Assembly: GCA_030324005.1 (NCBI GenBank)
Contig: JARDVH010000128.1
Coordinates: 32,447,619 to 32,511,618, forward strand
Source of the DNA: Negaprion brevirostris
Taxonomy: Eukaryota
DNA length: 64,000 nt
Direction of reading: 5' to 3'
In this document: positions 59,223 through 64,000 of the stretch, one piece after another
Layout: the number at the start of each line of letters is the position of its first letter
How positions within the stretch are numbered: position 1 is the stretch's first letter
The notes under the pieces: generated by a model
The model's input: only the letters and a program-made list of their open reading frames with translations
Told to the model about the DNA's origin: nothing
Database searches by the model: none
Made by a program: the position numbers and the translations under genes

Positions 59223-59667
59223 CATCACCAGTACTGAGATACTTGTTGCTCTCAAGTTGAAATTGTTTCTCATTATTTAACTTGCTCTGATCTCTCAGGA
59301 TGTTGAATACCTTGATCAAGTCTCCAGTGTTTCCATGTCAGATTTCTGCTATTGGCAGTGTGATTTTGTAATAATCACTGGCTATATGCTCTCTCTCACA
59401 AAAGTTTAAAGTGACAGTCAGATTGAACTAATGTTTTCTTTCTGTCAGTGACCATCCTATGTGAAATGAATTTGAGCTTGTATTTGTTGCCACTGACTAG
59501 CCCTAATCTGGCAGTAAGCTGCCAAGAAAGTTACAATGATTTTCTCTGTTGAAGGGTAAGGACTAGTTTCTTCTTGTCTGAACCCTAATTGACTTGAGAC
59601 ATTCATTATGAAGTTACCTAAAAAAGTTAAAACATTTTAGAGCTATAAGCTTCCTGAGTCATAAAAC

Positions 59668-60475
59668 CATTAGAGATAGGAACAGGAGTAGGCAGTTCAG
59701 CCCCTCAAGCCTGTTCCACCGTTCAATAGGATCAGAGCTGATCCGATATTCTTCATGTCCACTTACTTGTCCTTTGCCTATAACCCTTGATTCCTTTACT
59801 GATCAAAAATCAATTCATCTCAGACTTAAATATACACAAGGACTTTGCCCCCACAGCTCTCCTTGGCAAGGAGTTCCAAAGACACTCAACCTTCTGAGAG
59901 AGGAAATTCCTCCTCAGTTTTAAATTGGCACCCTTTATTCTGAGTCTGTCCTCTGGTCCTAGATTCCCCCATGAGGTGAAACATCCTCTCAGCATTTACG
60001 TTTCAAACTCCTTAAGAATCCTATATGTTTCAATGAGATCAGTCTCATTCTTCTCCAATCCAATGAGTCCCAAGTTGTTTAATCTTTCCTTGTAAGACAA
60101 TCCCACCAAACCAGAGATCATCCTAGTGAACTGCTCCCAAAAATAAATAATATCTTACCTTAAATAATGGGACCAAAGTGGCTCACAGTTCTCCAGATGT
60201 GGTATTACCAGTACTTTATACAGTTGCAGCAAGACTTCCCTTCTCTTACATACCAATCCCCCTTCATTGAAATAAGGGCCAACATTTTACTAGCCTTCCT
60301 GTTTACTTGCTGTACCTGTAACTTGGCTTTCTGTTTCATACAGAAGTACTCCCAAGTCCCTTTGTGTTGCAGCTTTCTGCGGGTTTTTTTCCATTTAAAT
60401 AATAATCTGTTCTTTTGTTATTCCTTCCAGAATGAACAACTTCACATTTGCCAAACTTTTGCCCACTTAACCTAT
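59668..60475 (-). mobile_element. CR1 LINE 3' fragment
   Basis: Remnant LRIKGANLKLRRNFLSQKVECLWNSLP, with the tail GGAACAGGAGTAGGCAGTTCAGCCC. Confidence 0.8.
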
Positions 60476-60699
60476 CAGAATCTCAATAAAGTCATCTTGG
60501 AATGATCATAGAAATAATAGGACATTTGCACTCAGCTTTTGGGGCTCAGTCTTTGAGCTTGTTCAAGGCAGGGATTGATGAATTTCTGGATAGGGGATAG
60601 TTTGGGAAGGTGATGTTGAGCTAAAAGCTGTGCTGGTATTGAATGGCAGAGTAGGCTTGAGGAGCCGAATGGCCTACTACTCCTCCTATTTCCCTATGT

Positions 60700-62010
60700 T
60701 CCAATGAAACACAGTCTGGATTAGACCTGGAATAGGAACAAGAGAGAGATTATTTACTCCAAGAGCAAGCTTCAATTAATATTTAGAAGTAACCATGACC
60801 ATTCATATATGCTTCATAGACTATGATAAAACATTCAATCATACCAATTCCAAGAGCTAGTAGATGTGTTGCTGAAATCTGACATTAACGGTAAAGATGT
60901 GAGATTTATCTGCAGCCTATATTGGGTCCAAATGTGAGCATCAAATTAAAAGATGGACAAACATTCATCTTTCAAATGAGGAGGGCAGCACCACAAGGCT
61001 GTGTACTATCAGGAAGATAACTGTCTGTATACAACACAGTCAGAACAGACCCTACAAATTATCATATAATTTATAAGTGATTTGATGTTGCAGAGTTAGA
61101 CAGAGTAGATTCAGAAAGAATGTTCCCAGTGGTGTGGGAGTCTAGAACTAGGGGTCATAGTTTCAGGATAAAGGGTAACCTTTTAGAACTGAGGTGAGAA
61201 GAAATTTCTTCACCCAGAGGATGGTGAATATGTGGAATTTGCTACCACAAAGTAGTTGAGGCCAAAATATTGTGTGATTTGAAGAAGAAATTAGATTTCG
61301 CTCTTGGGGTTAAAGGGATATGGGGGGGAAGGGGGATCAGGATATTGAATTCGATGGTCAGCCATGATCAAAATGAATGGCAGAGCAGGCCTGGAGGGCT
61401 GAATGGCCTACTCCTGTTTCTAAGTAAAATCTAGAAATTTGGAGTATGGATTGAGTATGGACCCCAAAAAGAAAAGAACAATGGTAGTCAGAGGGAATAC
61501 TTTAGAAGAAACTAGATTGAAGTGGGTAGTGTGACATTGGAATGAGTAGAAAAGTTTGGCTCCTTCATACAAATGAGAACAGAAGATGGTAGGTATGATG
61601 CCAAAGTCAGGAGGACAGAAATAGTCACAAGTAATTTTGTGCAGATGAAGGATGTGTATTAGAAGAAAATAGCAATGAAAAAATTCTTAAAACATTCTAC
61701 CCACTTTACTGTATTCCTCAGAAACCTGGACCATAAGTAATAGGGGCCTTTGTGATGTGGATGCTAAGACATATGTTTAAAATTCCAAACACTGATCATA
61801 AAACAAATAGAGGTGCTTGAAAATGCTAGAGCAAAGGAAATCTAGGAAATAAAATGTCACTCATTTGATCAGAGCTGCAGAGATCTCTGACAGTTGACAA
61901 AATGGAAGGCATTAGGTGTAGTTGGATGACGAATGTTACAGAGTTGTTGCAGACGGGTTACAGCGGCAGATGAGTGTGACGTACCATGATCTCCTGACAG
62001 AAGCAGCTAC
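60700..62010 (+). mobile_element. Old RTE-clade LINE fragments with a younger CR1 3' end (about 61090-61420) inserted
   Basis: Remnants CFIDYDKTF..LLKSDINGKDVRFICSLYW..APQGCVLS resemble RTE-type RT, and ETWT/AFVMWMLRHMFKIP resembles the RTE C-terminus. Confidence 0.6.
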
Positions 62011-63689
62011 CTGTCGCAGCAACAGAGCCCTCAAGTTAATTTACTGTTTCATTACTATGGCAGCATCCATAAAAAAATATTAAGGGCATGGTACTTGTCT
62101 AAAGCTCGCTGTCATCTGTGGCAGACTGGGTAGCACCCCCTCCTCAACAGGTCCCACTCCAGAAACTTCAGTGCACAATTCAGGCTGTCACCTGCAGCTC
62201 CAGTATTAAGGCAATGCTGCAGTATCAAAGGAGCTGTCTTTTGGATGAAACTTTAACAGAGACCTGGTCTGTGCTCTGAGGTAGATGCAAAAGATCCAGT
62301 GGTGCTATTTTGTACCCCTGTGTTTTGACCAATATTTATCCCTCACTCGGAGATAATCCCTGAAACAGGCGACCTGTTTGCTATTACATTGCTGTTGGTG
62401 GGATCTTACTGCATTACGTCAGTGACTACACTTCAAAAATATTTCATTGCCTGCGAAGCACTTGGAAATGTTCTGAGGAGGTGGGAAGCATGACAGAAAT
62501 GCAAGTCTTAAATAATGCTGTGCTGTTAACTCTGAAAGCTTTTGTTGGATTTATGTTGATAAGTGACCAGGAGTAGGTTCAAGAGGCCAAATCTCTCCTG
62601 CTTTTGTTACTGTGCTGCTGTTGACTAAAGGATCTGTGCAGAGGATGTTATGAGAGGTTACCAGGATATTGCCTAATGAGAGCAAGTACAGATGTGAAAG
62701 ATGAAGACTGTGGGCCCTTTTTCATTGCAAATTACAGATTGTTGTTGTAACAAATGCTTCAAATGATAAAAGGATGACTGAGAGCTATTTGGACATAAAC
62801 AGGCTGTTTCCAGAGGTCTAGAACACACGGCCATCAGTGTAAGATTTTAAACAGAGGACCGGAAAAACTTCAGATAGCGAGTGTGGAAGTCACTTCCAGG
62901 ATGAGTGAGGGAGAAACTGTCAATATTCCAGGTTAGATTTTGACAGGAAGATGAAGGAGAAGAGATTGAGAGTAGGCCGATGTGATTAGAGCTATTTATT
63001 TGGAGGGTGGATGCAGTGGCAAAACGACCAGTTTTTGTAACTACATTCTTTCTTGCTAAAGGAACAGTTACATCGTTATATTTGCTCAGGGTCTCTGGCG
63101 GATGGGCTGTATAATACTCAGCAGCTATAACATAAATTACAGGCACAAGCTACAGTTATAGAAATCAATTTTCACCCAGGAGGAGCCCCACTCTCAGGAT
63201 CCTCTCCATTCAGATGGACAGAAGCACGGTTCAACATCTGTAGGGAAAGACAGTGCTTCCTTTATACCACGTTGATGTCTGCCTAGTAATTGTGATTAAA
63301 TCCTGGTATGAATCGTGAGCCATGACCTAACCCCGTTGAGTGTGTTACTGATTGGACCAGGGCTAGCTTATGGAGGGAGGTATAGACCGAAAGACCCTTT
63401 CCGTTTTGTCCCAATGTATTTTGGTCATACGCCCACTCTGTCGAGGAGAAATTCAGACCCTGTTTTACTCCTCTAGATTCTTCATTGGATTAAAGGGGAG
63501 CAGACTGTTGAATGCCTTGTATTTCAGTGCCAGTATGATGTGTCTAGTTGATTTTTTTTTGTGACTGGGCTGAATATTGGGAATGGGGAATGTAGAGTTG
63601 GGGTACCCATTAATTTATCTTTAATATTTGAGGTTGCAAAGCCTGAGAGTGGAATCAAAAATCAGCCCAGCTGTCATTCTCATTGCAGC

Positions 63690-63725
63690 ATGGCAAGTGA
63701 AGAGGATGACCCAATCATACGGGAG
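63690..63725 (+). CDS. POLR3E: RNA polymerase III subunit RPC5, first coding exon (gene continues beyond the window)
   Basis: MASEEDDPIIRE resembles human MANEEDDPVVQE; 36 nt. Acceptor TTGCAG at 63688, donor GAG|GTAAGT. EEF2K-POLR3E adjacency is conserved vertebrate synteny. Confidence 0.92.
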
Positions 63726-64000
63726 GTAAGTGACTGTCAATGGAGGGGAGGGTGAAGGTGACTGCAAACACATCAGAAATTTGGTCCTTCATCACTGAGT
63801 TGGTCTGTTTATTTGTCTTTTCTTTTGAGCAATACACATGTTTACAAAATCTGCCCTTCCTTCTGTATCGCTCATTCAGTTTCCTCGTGTATGTTTTGAG
63901 TTATAGATGTAAATTTTTGAGTTGTTCCTTTATTGAGTAACGGTGTGCTGTGTTTAACTGCTGATTTGCATTGCTGCACTGGTGCACTATGTCCTGCTGC

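Overview
Vertebrate genomic DNA, almost certainly an elasmobranch (shark), judged from HE1/V-SINEs, Deu-domain SINEs, CR1/HER1 LINEs, Penelope-like elements and a 33-bp shark-type minisatellite. It is a draft assembly with many N gaps. The window holds a complete + strand EEF2K gene: 17 coding exons from 16829 to 54397, 2148 nt, 715 aa, with exon phases matching the human gene as I recall it. Downstream are the CpG-rich promoter and first coding exon of POLR3E (MASEEDDPIIRE, 63690-63725). Upstream is a divergent tRNA-Leu(TAG)/tRNA-Leu(AAG) pair. Most short ORFs in the supplied track are spurious or repeat-derived. The most notable observations are: (1) a tandem array of about 10 co-oriented CTCF-like sites (core plus upstream motif, resembling chicken cHS4 FII) between the EEF2K poly(A) signal and the POLR3E promoter; (2) two frame-preserving candidate cassette exons in EEF2K, one splitting the calmodulin-binding motif; (3) a tailless histone H4 retrocopy with a 15-bp TSD; (4) minimal type I hammerhead ribozyme motifs, two inside Penelope-like elements and one stand-alone; (5) apparent shark-human conservation of the tRNA-Leu genes at this locus. 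All comparisons to human or chicken sequences are from memory, not from a search.
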